Positions 53,652 to 64,000 of a stretch of 64,000 nt of DNA are shown one piece after another. The notes beneath the pieces were generated by a model. That model had not been told where the DNA came from. It saw only the letters and a program-made list of their open reading frames with translations, and did not search any database. Numbering within the stretch: position 1 is the stretch's first letter; every line of letters starts with the position of its first letter. Origin of the DNA: Phoronis australis (lineage: Eukaryota; Animalia; Phoronida); contig NMRA01000559.1 in assembly GCA_002633005.1 (NCBI GenBank), positions 62,001-126,000 on the forward strand, written 5' to 3'. Position numbers and translations under genes: made by a program.

Positions 53652-55447
53652 CTTGGAAGCAGCCACATCATGTTGAGAACGGATGGACATTCATTTTAAA
53701 TGCACCTTGTTAACGGTGCTATCCAAAGGAGCATAGGTAGCAAAGAAAATAAATTGCTGCTGGTTTTCCCAGGTTGTTCATCCTCTTACAAAGGTGCAAT
53801 ACTCAACGTACTTTGTTTTAAACTACGTTTTTTAGCCAGAAGGGCATATATCACAAAAAATAAATTGGTGTGCCGTTACATCTTCGTGCAAAGGAGTTCT
53901 TAGCGCACTTTTGCATGATTTTTGTTGTTCAGAAAGCTGGACGCACTTGGATCGTAAGAATAATCAAAGTTAAACTGGCTGCAATCCTGTCACGAAAACA
54001 ATTTTTTACACCACTTTCGGTTATAAAATTGGTCTCAAATTGTTCCTTGGTTAAATCGGAGGGAATTCAGAAGTCCAAAAAAAGGTTCGATAGTTCGTTA
54101 TTGCTCGAGACCGGACTCTTTTAGTTGACTTGTAACGGCCTGTCATTTTTACCAGTGAACATGGTCTTGAGGAGTGGTAGTTTTGCAAGCCAAGAAAACA
54201 CTTCCGTGCTTCCCAGGTGATTAACGAGCGAGGTGAGACCAATTTTATATCATTAAGAGATCTAAAACAAAAGTACAGCTTTTTGTGGACGGAATGCGGA
54301 TGGTTATCCACTTAAATTTAAATTATCCAGGTAGTAATGCAATCTTGCAGTTTCCAAGTAGAGAACTGGCCGTGGACAACATTTAGAAAGAGTCTGCCTT
54401 TCATATGTTGGGGTTTTGTTTTTTCTACGCATACTGGTGCTGCAGCTACAATTTTGTTACCTTCAATGACTTATCTTCCTTACATTTAAAGGCCAATATT
54501 TAGTGGTAGACTTGGACAGGTGTTGCAAGTTTTTGCTTTTCTTTGAATATTCCATCACTGCCTGTCTGTAGGGTTGTGAGTGTGAAAGTGACCCCTTGCT
54601 TGGTAAATTGAATGGTTTTGTGTTTTTTGCTCTTGATACCTGTGATAGTTAATTTTTTCACCGTACAACGCAAACGAGACAATGACAGTGTTGTGTGATC
54701 GTCAGAAGTGTATGCATATTTCTAGCTGTAGATAACATACATCATAATTCACTGAAGTCGCTTTGTCGTATTTTCTGTGGAATACCTGCTCTATGAGGTC
54801 TTGCAAAAGGGTGCTGCTTAATCGACTGAGTTTAGTGCCACCTCAGAGTAAATTCTCATCAATTTAGCACAAAAATCATTGCCAAACTCGAGCGTCTTTC
54901 CTTTTTCAAATGCTCCTAACATTGTTGTCAATGCTTGTTTTCTTAAAGCATTGGGCCATGGTAGGTATTCATTGCACTACTAATCTTTAGTTAATGAAAA
55001 AATATGTCCGTCATACTTTGTCATATTATGGTGACGTTCTATGTATTACACCGTATGTCGAAACCTGTAATTAGCCGCTAAGGGTTCGAGACAGCCTGGT
55101 TGATGGCGCGGAAACTCCTCATGGTTGTAGGCCTGATCCTTAGGTTGGGTTTAATTTGACTTTCCTGGCAAAAGGTTTGCTGGATTATTTTTGTGCGCCA
55201 CTGTTATTTCATTGCTCAGTAGCCAATAGTCCACTGTTGCAAACATTTGGTCTTCAAAGGAAGCATTTGGTTGTATGTTTGTGTGTGCTATCATTTGTAT
55301 TATATTTATGGAAATGTGCTGCGTAGAAGTGTGACTCCCAGTGTTGCAGATGTACCCGTTGTAAACATTGCCCTATATTTCACTCAACTCCCTGTGGGCA
55401 GATTGTGATCGTTTTCTAGATGTACAATCCCTTTGCGTCCATTGCAG

Positions 55448-55766
55448 GATGTGACCTTGGACGACGCCATGTGTGAGCAGGACTCGCGCGACTCTCCCGG
55501 CCTGCCAGCGCAGTCACCCTCGCCACGCAGAGTCAGCGGCTACGGCGAGTTTGGCCTACAAAAGTCGCATAGTAACATCAGCATGCCATCAACGTTCAAC
55601 CGTCCCAAAAAGAGCAACTCAATAGGCAGTATTAACAGCGAGTGCGTCGACTCGCCCATGGTCGACCAAGATGACATACTATCGCTGACGCAGGATGTGC
55701 GCAACTTCTCTGACGCTTTGGCCAAACTTAAGTCAGTCTTCCTCGATGACATGGTCTCCAATGAAG
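55448..55766 (+). CDS. ARHGAP45: Coding exon of a Rho GTPase-activating protein of the ARHGAP29/ARHGAP45(HMHA1)/GMIP family; gene continues beyond the right edge
   Basis: Acceptor TTGCAG|GAT and donor GAAG|GTTTGT, 319 nt, GC-rich codon usage. DDILSLTQDVRNFSDALAKLKSVFLDD resembles the N-terminal helical region I recall from HMHA1 (DISHLLADVARFAEGLEKLKECVL) and ARHGAP29 (IKELVNDIRKFSHMLLYLKEAIF). F-BAR, C1 and GAP exons are not seen in the window. Confidence 0.75.
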
Positions 55767-57074
55767 GTTTGTAGATGTGTGAAGGTCCACGTGAACCTTC
55801 AGATATGTTTCATTTCACCTTCCTGGGATAATCTTCACTTGGCGCCAGCTCATGCGAGTTGTACTGCACTTTTCAAAACAGTCCATGCATTTACGATTTT
55901 GTTCTTGTAAAATCCAGTATGACTTGTTCACAAGATCTTTATGGCCACTTACTCTTTTTATCAGCTCTGTAGTGGTTGAAAAGTACTGGACAATTACTGA
56001 CCTTGGGTTTTGAGGGTGTGCCTGGTTTAAAGTACAACATCTAAATTTTTATTGTTGCCATTATAAAATGTGCAATGAATTTACTAGAATATCAGTTTTA
56101 GTAGTGGCATATTCATGCCAGCTTGACCCATATAAATCATAAACCTGTTGTCGAGGACATTTCTATTGATTGCATTTACCTGAGCTTGTGATGCTGCTTG
56201 TTTACACATCTAAACGGTTCATAGTTGAGTGAAGAGAGTCTTGTTATGTCTTTTGTTCTTGCTTTCATCTAATATTGAATATTAGAGGAAGGTTTGGTGT
56301 ACTCCTGGTGAAAATAGAATAAAATAAACAATCCAGGCTGTCTCTTCTTTGTTCTCCGCTCATAATAGGCAAAACTATATTGTAGCAGTTAACGTTTATT
56401 TTATCCAAATAATTATTCGCAATTTTACCCAATCGGTATTAGCGACAGTGTCGCATGTACACCTCACGTCACGGGACTATTAAATATTAATTCTGTTTCA
56501 AGCTCGATTTGATGGATCAACATGTCTCATTAACGGCAACATCTGTATGAATCATTGTAGTAATTCGTAATGCAACGTGGTGGAAAGTAAATTCGTTGGA
56601 ATTTTTTCTTCGTTTCGCACATCCTTGGTAAAATTTTGATTGTTGGTAGCGAATCGGCTCTTGAAATGTCGGAATTAGCAATTTGCCCATAGTTTTGTGG
56701 GGGAATGACTAAAGAATCTGCGTCACATATCACTTTTATTAGGTGATTTGTGTCATGCATTACGTATTCTGCAAAATAGATCAAGACTCTTGATAGTTTT
56801 CATAGGTTACAGGGCATGCTTTAAGTTCAGAGTGAAATTTGTAACATTCCGCACAAAGTTGAAAGGGTTGAAGTTCTGACTAACTCACATCTGAAAGATT
56901 CCTCAAGTCTAAACATATTTGCGGATGGAATGTCAGATATGGTGGGACTCCCATTTTGAAATTACCACGGGCTTGGTTTGTTCACTCTTTTACCTTTGAA
57001 ATTACTGAAATTGCGTGATCCTTCTCGTAGGTGGCATTCTAAAGCTGCTTACAATTCCGTTGCCAAACTAAATG

Positions 57075-57712
57075 GGTATATATCGTTAACATTTGGGTTA
57101 ACGCCTCGGGCGCTTGAATTGGTGAAGCTGGAAATCAGGGGTGGGTGCTTAAATCGTAAGTTTCAGTTAATTGGGGTTGGGTTCATAAGCATAGAATAAG
57201 AGGCCGGGGCTGACTGTAGTCTTGGTAAGTATCAGTTTCACAGCAGAGACGCCAACAGAATGCAATGTCCTCTGACAACTGTAGTTCCTGCCGTAACTAC
57301 CTTCTAGATTCATCTGCATTTGGAAACCTTCCTTACTGTTTTAAGTATCAGTTCTGTAAAGTAAATGACGGTTGGGTGCCAGCCTCAACTATGTGTGCTT
57401 ATAGGTAAAAACTGTTCAGTTTGGGACACGGTTGGCATGCTGGTGGAATTTATTTTGTCAAATTTCTCAACAAAAATAACTTTTACCATGGTTTGTATGT
57501 AGGAGCTATTATGAAACATTTGGTAAAATTTTAAACAAGTGGAACAGTGAGGCAAGCCTCTGAAAAATCCAAATATTGCGATTTTAGCAATTGTCTCTCT
57601 AATTGAAATTTTTTATCGTAATATTCTCAAAAGTAGTGGGGTGGTTGCTTCGTACCAAAAGTACGGGATTGGAACTTGCTTGAGCGTGGGCATTAACCCT
57701 AATATTTACTGT
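57075..57712. mobile_element. Diverged relative of the 634-981 MITE (ends only recognisable)
   Basis: Left end TTTGGGTTAACGCCTCGGGCG...GGGGTGGGTGCTTAA and right end GTGGGCATTAACCCTAATATTTACTGTA resemble that family's TIR and internal motifs. Confidence 0.4.
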
Positions 57713-58434
57713 ACATTAATTTTTGTAAACTACAATGTTTAAATATCTCTTTTCCTAAGTGCTTTTGTTTAATTTTTTTGCTTTAAAACTTTATGTGTTT
57801 TATTTTTAGAATAGCTAGAAATAGATGTTGAGAAAATGATCTGTTCCAAAGTTTTTAGCTTACTCTAGTACAAGGTGAATTTTACACTTTAGACAGCAAT
57901 AGTCACTTATTGGGATTCCAGATTTTGAGAACCAGTGTGATGCCCATTATTCAGTTGAGAAAACTGGTTCTCAAAATGCAAGACCCCTGTTTTCTTTTTG
58001 CCCTTTGAAGATAAATGCTTGGTTATCTGAATGTAAGTCTGAAGTCTAACACTGATATTTTACAAAAACTGACCCTGACTTCGCGTGTTTCAATTTCCAT
58101 CAAATGCATATAGCTGAAAGTAACAGTATGTGTCAAGATTAATCATATATCACACTGTCATGAGGGCTAATTCTGTAAATACTAATAATGACTGGTAAGG
58201 ACTATTATGCGTCTAATTTTAACTCTAACTCTGTTTGCCTTAGTGGTGATCAGTGGGGGATCTAGGATTTTTTGGGGGCCCAACCGCAAATTTTGACGGG
58301 AGAGTGTCCGACTTTGACGATGTCAGGACTGGAAAGCTATCATCAAGCATCTGTTGAAACACTGCAGTTCGGTTATGTCTCAAAGCTCAGTGAGTGAGTG
58401 AAAGATTTCAGAGCAAAATTGCAGAAGCATTTAG

Positions 58435-58630
58435 TTACTTATTGACCTTCCCAAATCCAGGAATCGCTGAAAGAAACAAAATTACACACTCTGTATACTG
58501 AAAGCACGTTGAAATTTGAGAAATATGGTGAACACCAAAGTTACCTTTGTCCCAAATTTCAGAATCAAGAAATTCAATTTTTGCGGGAGTTTCTGTCTCC
58601 CAAATTCTGGAGACTGCCTCAAATTGGAGA
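58435..58630 (-). repeat. Interspersed repeat, inverted partner of 52547-52745
   Basis: Reverse-complement match. The spurious ORFs at 52468(-) and 58547(+) both read IFAGVSVSQILE. Confidence 0.8.
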
Positions 58631-60129
58631 ATTTTTATGTACTTGAGTCGACACATGCTCTTCATCGGTCTGTGCTCTAGTTTGACTCACTGGTGTTCGC
58701 CCACTCCGGTCTGTGCTCTACTTTGGCTCACTGGTGTTCGCCCACTCCCCTCATCAGCAATTATGTATGCAAACCTGCGTTTGTCATCTGCTGCCTGTCA
58801 GATTTCCATCCAGCTCTGACCAGGATCTGATGCTGTGTTGCCAGCGGTGGAGTCCTGCTATGTTAATCATCATCCATGCCCGTGCTCTGGTTGTGGCTGC
58901 GATGTGAAAAGCATACTTACCAATGCTTGGTCTGAGCAACATTTTCATGTGAAATTTTCCCGCCGTATTCACGTTTACTTTTAAACGGTAATCTGTGACT
59001 AGTTACATGATTATTTTTCCGCTATTTCTACAGTATTTTACAACGCGCCCGAAAGTAAGGGAGGTTTCGTTGCTCTTGTTTGTCTGGAGGTTACAATCTG
59101 CCTCTGGCCATACATACTGGTTTTGTGCTCCAAGGCAAATGGCCGGAAGCGATGTCGTAAAGTGTCGTGCTTTTGTTATTGCAGCTGTCACATTTTACTC
59201 GGCATTTGTTTGTAAAATCGACTATTTTATCGTATAGCAAAATGACGGTTGAAGATAGGATTTTACTTGTTATATTGAGATAACGATTAAAATAACGATC
59301 AAAATTGCAATTGAAACGTTCATGTTAACAGGCCTGTTGCAGACAAACTAAAGAAATGATGTGCCTTTTTGACGGAGACTGCTGGAACATGCAACGGTGG
59401 ATTGTGGGTGATGTGTAGTTTCAAGATTTGATTGGGTGACAATTCTGAAATCTTGTTCTTAAACCCAGGCAGTCAATAACCGACAGACGAGCTGTCTGCG
59501 AAGAGGTCATTTTCGCCAGCACTACCCAAGTCGCTTTAAGCCAAGATTGATGTTGAAATACTCTGTCATAAACTGACTAATGTGATTGTAAACAAAGACT
59601 TCTCTTCCATTTGCATTAGTTTCCTTTGAAATTAAGAATTCTGGCTACAAAAGCGCTAGGGGAAATACCTGCAGCTTTGGGGTAACTCAAACTGTCAGCA
59701 AAGTGTCAGTAAATAGTGACAATTGTATGTTCATGTGACTAGTGTTTTTGCTACTAGTGAAAGGAGTAGCACTTGAGTCAGTTTGTGAACGGAGCATTTG
59801 TGGATATCAGTCGAGATACCCAAAAGTGCTCTCCACTACGGGCAAATTTTGAATCGTTGCAGCACTTTGATTTCATTGTGGTGAGTTTAGAAAAGGAATG
59901 TAAGGAGTTTTAACTCGTGTGATTGGCTATTGCTTCGTCACATTGCGGGGACATTTCGGATGTTTCTTACCAGGTCAGTGTACCGATTCCGTGTCTTTGT
60001 CCAAAACATTCAGTGTTGATTTTGCTTTTTGTTTTCTTTCTATGGATAGTATGACATCATGTACACTGAGGATTGTGGGATAGCGATCATCCAAAGCAGC
60101 ACCACTACCAGATGTACAAAACGATCTGT

Positions 60130-60294
60130 AGACGGGTGGATCCAGGATTTTTGAGCTAGGAAGGGCCTGGGCAGAGTATTAGCCTGGATTTTTCCCATCA
60201 GACATTTGCATCCCGGAACTGCCGCATGGAATCCAGGAGAATTTTTGGGAAGGCCATAGCCCCCTTGTCTCCCCTCCCCCTAAATCCGCCACTG
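60130..60294. mobile_element. Short MITE-like element of the CAGTGGCGGAT-terminus type (related end at 58251)
   Basis: GGTGGATCCAGGATTTTT ... CCCCCTAAATCCGCCACTG. A similar left end CAGTGGGGGATCTAGGATTTTTTGGGGGCC lies at 58251. Confidence 0.45.
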
Positions 60295-60889
60295 GTAGAA
60301 ATCACTTCATTTCAGTAACTTCAAACAGCAAAATTTCAGTCTATAGCAAATGCAACAAACCAGCTAACGTCTGTCCAAAATCAGCTGACGGAGCAGACGA
60401 CCGCCTACGTGACTCTTTCTGAATTCTGTGTTGGGTGACTGGTATCTCGCAAATCTACTGTCTGAGATGTTTATGTAACTTTTTGGCTGTCCGTATAATG
60501 GTCCATAACATTATGTCGTCATGATGGACCATCCGGAGTTTAAAGGCATGTAACTCTGGATAGTCTGAAAACTGCAAATCCTTCTGCTCAATTTGTCTTT
60601 ATTATACTTTAACCTGACAGTGTTAGGATAAGAGTGGTCTGACGAATTAAATGTTTGATTTCATTTTCCGACCTTTTTGTGGACGGAAAGAGGGCCAGTG
60701 ATGGTATTGTGTCCAGTGCATCTCCCTGAAGCCCCTAAATTCGCTTTGCAATCAAAATAGCGTTGTGCAAGGGACGTGGATTTCCAATCTCATTCGAGTG
60801 TTTTGTGATTCTCGACAAGTTGAATTTTCAGTCACGCATGACATGGTACTGAATGGGAATGCGAGGATACAATGCAAGTATACCTATGA

Positions 60890-60984
60890 AAACATGCGTG
60901 TGTATGTCAAACATGCGTGTGCATGTCAAACATGCGTGTGCATGTCAAACATGCGTGTGCATGTCAAACATGCGTGCGCGTGTC
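60890..60984. repeat. Minisatellite, 5 x 19 bp (AAACATGCGTGTGCATGTC)
   Basis: Five contiguous units. The consensus unit contains the ACATGC/GCATGT palindrome. Confidence 0.92.
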
Positions 60985-62014
60985 TACTTCTAAGCTTGAG
61001 AAGTCAAGTGTTCTTGTGTGCAAGGCAGTGAATGTTACACCTACGCACACAAGTCAAGTTCAACTTCAACACCATCGATATCTCCAACAGCAGCACAGTC
61101 AGGCCTGGCTACAGCTGTATACAGAACATTCTGTTCATACTTGTCTACTAATTACTGCAGTTGAGAGTGGCTCTGGCAGGCCATCCATCCTGCTAATACT
61201 CTGCACACATGAACACACCAGGTCTAGATGATGCAGCCAGGGTCAGAGGTCATGTGACCTGTTGTCTGTGAGTCTGCTCAGTGGTGGAATGTTTGCTGAG
61301 AATACTGAGCTGTGTCTGAGCCAGTTGTTCCTGTGGTGAGGCAAATCCTTTTGTCTGATGTGGTTGTCCGGGTGTGAAAGCTGTTCGTGAGTGGTTTTTG
61401 AGGACTGCTTAATCTGTTGGTGATGTACAGCAAAATCTTACCAATTTGGTAAAAAAATAATTGTCACAATTAACGTTTTCAGGTTTTCAGAGGATTCTAC
61501 AATTATAGGGAATGCCCTCAATTTCTCATAACATTTTCTAGTGGTAGGTATTGCATAGAACTTTAAAATGATAAAATCCTATTACGTATCTTTTGTAAAA
61601 AATATTTAAAAGTTTCACTTGTTCACTATATTTTGCCCTAAATTGTTGTAAGTTGGTTGTATTTGAGTATATTTGGTGGTAAACTGCAATTGTTAGGTAT
61701 GAATACAGTAGCCAGTCCATGAATGGGACAGTGAATCTTGGTTACTTCAGACAATGAACTGTCGATAACCTCCATCAACCAGTTTGCCAATTTTAATCGG
61801 CCATTTTTGACAAGAAAATGGCAAAAACCCGATTGTTGGCATTTAAATTCTTTTTTAGTTATTTAGTGACTGTTATAGGTGAGAGAATTGCTGCCACTTC
61901 TGTTTTCAAAATGCTGAATAATAAAATTGTTAAAAATGAAAACAAGCCAAACATTTTTTATGACTTTATTTAGGCAAGCTGGTGTAACAACTGTTTCGAA
62001 GATCTCGTGACAAT

Positions 62015-62414
62015 AGGGTCATCCCGAATTACACGGCGGTAGAACTCTCCTTTCTCCCAGAGATAAGAAAGCGCAAGACCTAGTTTTTAAAATCAGACAT
62101 CTTTTTGTGTCCCTCATTGATGTCGGGAAGGCAAAGAATGTCAGATCACGAATCCACGGGTATTTGTCCAGTTTATCAAGCTTGTTCACGTCAGAGTTGT
62201 AGCCCTCAGCACAGCAGTAATACTTTGTTGGCATTTTAAGGGCGAATAGAGTAATGTAACCAAGAGAAACTTGTAAAGAACCAGACAATAACAAATAACA
62301 CGTGAAACTCCAGTGGCACGAAAACGAGGCACCAAATGTGGCTGACGGTTGTTTACAGCATTGTGGGTAAATGCAACAAGATTTGAGTGTCGCTGTATAA
62401 TCCAGGACTTCCCT
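62015..62414 (-). mobile_element. ~400-bp non-autonomous DNA transposon with a THAP remnant (ISL2EU-like), copy 2
   Basis: Flanked by AT on both sides: AT|AGGGTCATCCCGAATTACAC ... GTATAATCCAGGACTTCCCT|AT. Encodes MPTKYYCCAEGYNSD...YPWIRDLTFFAFPTS. Homologous to 14925-15328. Confidence 0.72.
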
Positions 62415-64000
62415 ATTTGTACTCTCTAAAATTGAAGAATATAGGTTGTGGAGCACCTTTTCAAAAGCTTTTACAAAGTCGTTTTTGTTTTTTGAGAAGT
62501 TGTAAATCCCTCGAAATGTTATTTAATTGGTTCCTTAAAAGTGGGGTAGTTGTACTAGTGTAAGTTGTTCTGGGGTAGGCTCTGTGTGGACAGGATTGAA
62601 GTTTTTTGTTTTTTTTGATTGAAAGTGGAGGAAACTATACAAAAACACAAGCTGGTCTTTAGCATCATTAGAATCTATAACTTCACCACACTGTTCCTAA
62701 GGTATAAGTTGCTCCATGTAAACAAAACTGGAAGTGGACTGCTGGGATAAAGATATTGACAAAGGGCTATTATGTAACACCAGCTTCTTATTACCTCTAG
62801 TTAGAGGTAAAGCACCATAACTTGGGATATTATAGCACCCCAGGAATGTGGCCAGAGTACCTCATCAGGGCATGGATTTGACAAGTGGCTTTGTCCCAGT
62901 TGTGCCTCTGTTGGTGGTGGTTGTGTTGCAAGCTAGTGGGCTTATTTGGCGCTAACTGCGTTAATGGAAATTGAATTTCTAGAGAATCATATTTGATGAT
63001 TGGTAGCAGATGACCTGCTATTGCATTCTGATGCCTGGCCATGGCTGTCTTGTGTTTTGAGGTGGACTGAATTGTGGGGCATGTCTGGATGATATCTTTG
63101 GAAGGGATTGTCGTAAGTGGTTTGTAACCCATCACTGCATGGAAGCTCTGTCACTTGTTATCTGTGTACCCTGCTCATCAGCGCTGATTAACGGGCTAAA
63201 TATTAACCCAGACATCATTTGGTCACGTTTACCACTTCATACCTAGTGATTGTGTTATAGCTAGTGATGGTATCTCAGCCAGTCTTGCACGAGATCGGTA
63301 TTCATCGTAGCCATGTTTGTGACCTGAGTGTTAATCATCTCATTGTCAACTTTCTGTTTACCTTATGCAATCCTTTGTTCATCATGGCCACCAACTTGGA
63401 GCTCATTTTCATGCATCATGCCATCATTCCTGTCCATCCAGCGTCCGTCTGACCTCTGGTACTCTGTCTCCAAAGCCTTTATGTTTCTTCATGAAACGTT
63501 ACACGTGTGTTCCTTTCATGGATGGGACGGCATGAGCAAACTTTGGGACGGATCCGACTACCTGTGTGCCCCTAGCAGGTTCTTAAGTTCATTAAATTTG
63601 ACAACTGCATTTTTTTTTCGTTGTTCACTGTGTCTTTGAAACTCCTTGGCAGATTTTTATGACATTTAATAAATAGGTTTCTATTGAGGACCTGTTTTCG
63701 GATAGATTTGACGTAAAGCGGCTGTTTTTATTATCATGAAATTTTGCAAATAGGTTTGTATTAAGAAGACAACGATGCCCTCTTATTTTTGGGTCAATTT
63801 GACATACACTGCGCCACCCAGTGGCCATTTAAATTTAAAAATTTTTTAGTACATTTTTGACATCATTCTCTCCAACCGTCAAACCCATTTGATGTTTCTT
63901 TACAAAAATTTGGAGATGAAAATAGTAAATATTAGCAACAACACTGCTCTTTAATTCTTGACAATAGCAGTGGCGACTGGCGATAACTTTGATGAGACCA

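Noticed and set aside
58735-58760. Hammerhead ribozyme core (CTGATGA on the minus strand) here and at other TCATCAG sites
   Set aside because: No properly spaced stem II and GAAA were found.
62830-63620. LINE reverse-transcriptase 3' relic on the minus strand (RPK..., NIKALE..QR, GHLLP)
   Set aside because: Motif fragments are too degenerate to call by eye.

Overview
AT-rich, intron-containing animal genomic DNA, most likely a polymorphic marine invertebrate. It is a draft assembly with a 494-N gap (6716-7209) and single-N joins at 736, 38954 and 42695. I reconstructed four spliced genes by hand from splice sites and reading phases. (1) The first two coding exons of RPF1 on the minus strand, running off the left edge. 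(2) A complete 7-exon SLC35A3-like nucleotide-sugar transporter (+, 322 aa). (3) A complete 10-exon PLP-dependent threonine/serine dehydratase with a C-terminal ACT domain (-, 479 aa, one GC-AG intron). (4) The 5' part of an ARHGAP29/ARHGAP45/GMIP-family RhoGAP (+). The genes form two head-to-head pairs with one convergent junction. Introns hold many non-autonomous transposons: a tandem DINE-1/Helentron-type array, several MITEs, two THAP-bearing ISL2EU-like copies, a tRNA-derived SINE family (one copy spawned a 24-bp minisatellite) and a Penelope GIY-YIG relic. A 2.1-kb tandem duplication at 40621-44812 is probably two haplotypes assembled side by side. I found no clearly novel multi-gene system; most ORFs in the supplied track are spurious. 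All family assignments come from motif recognition, not database searches.
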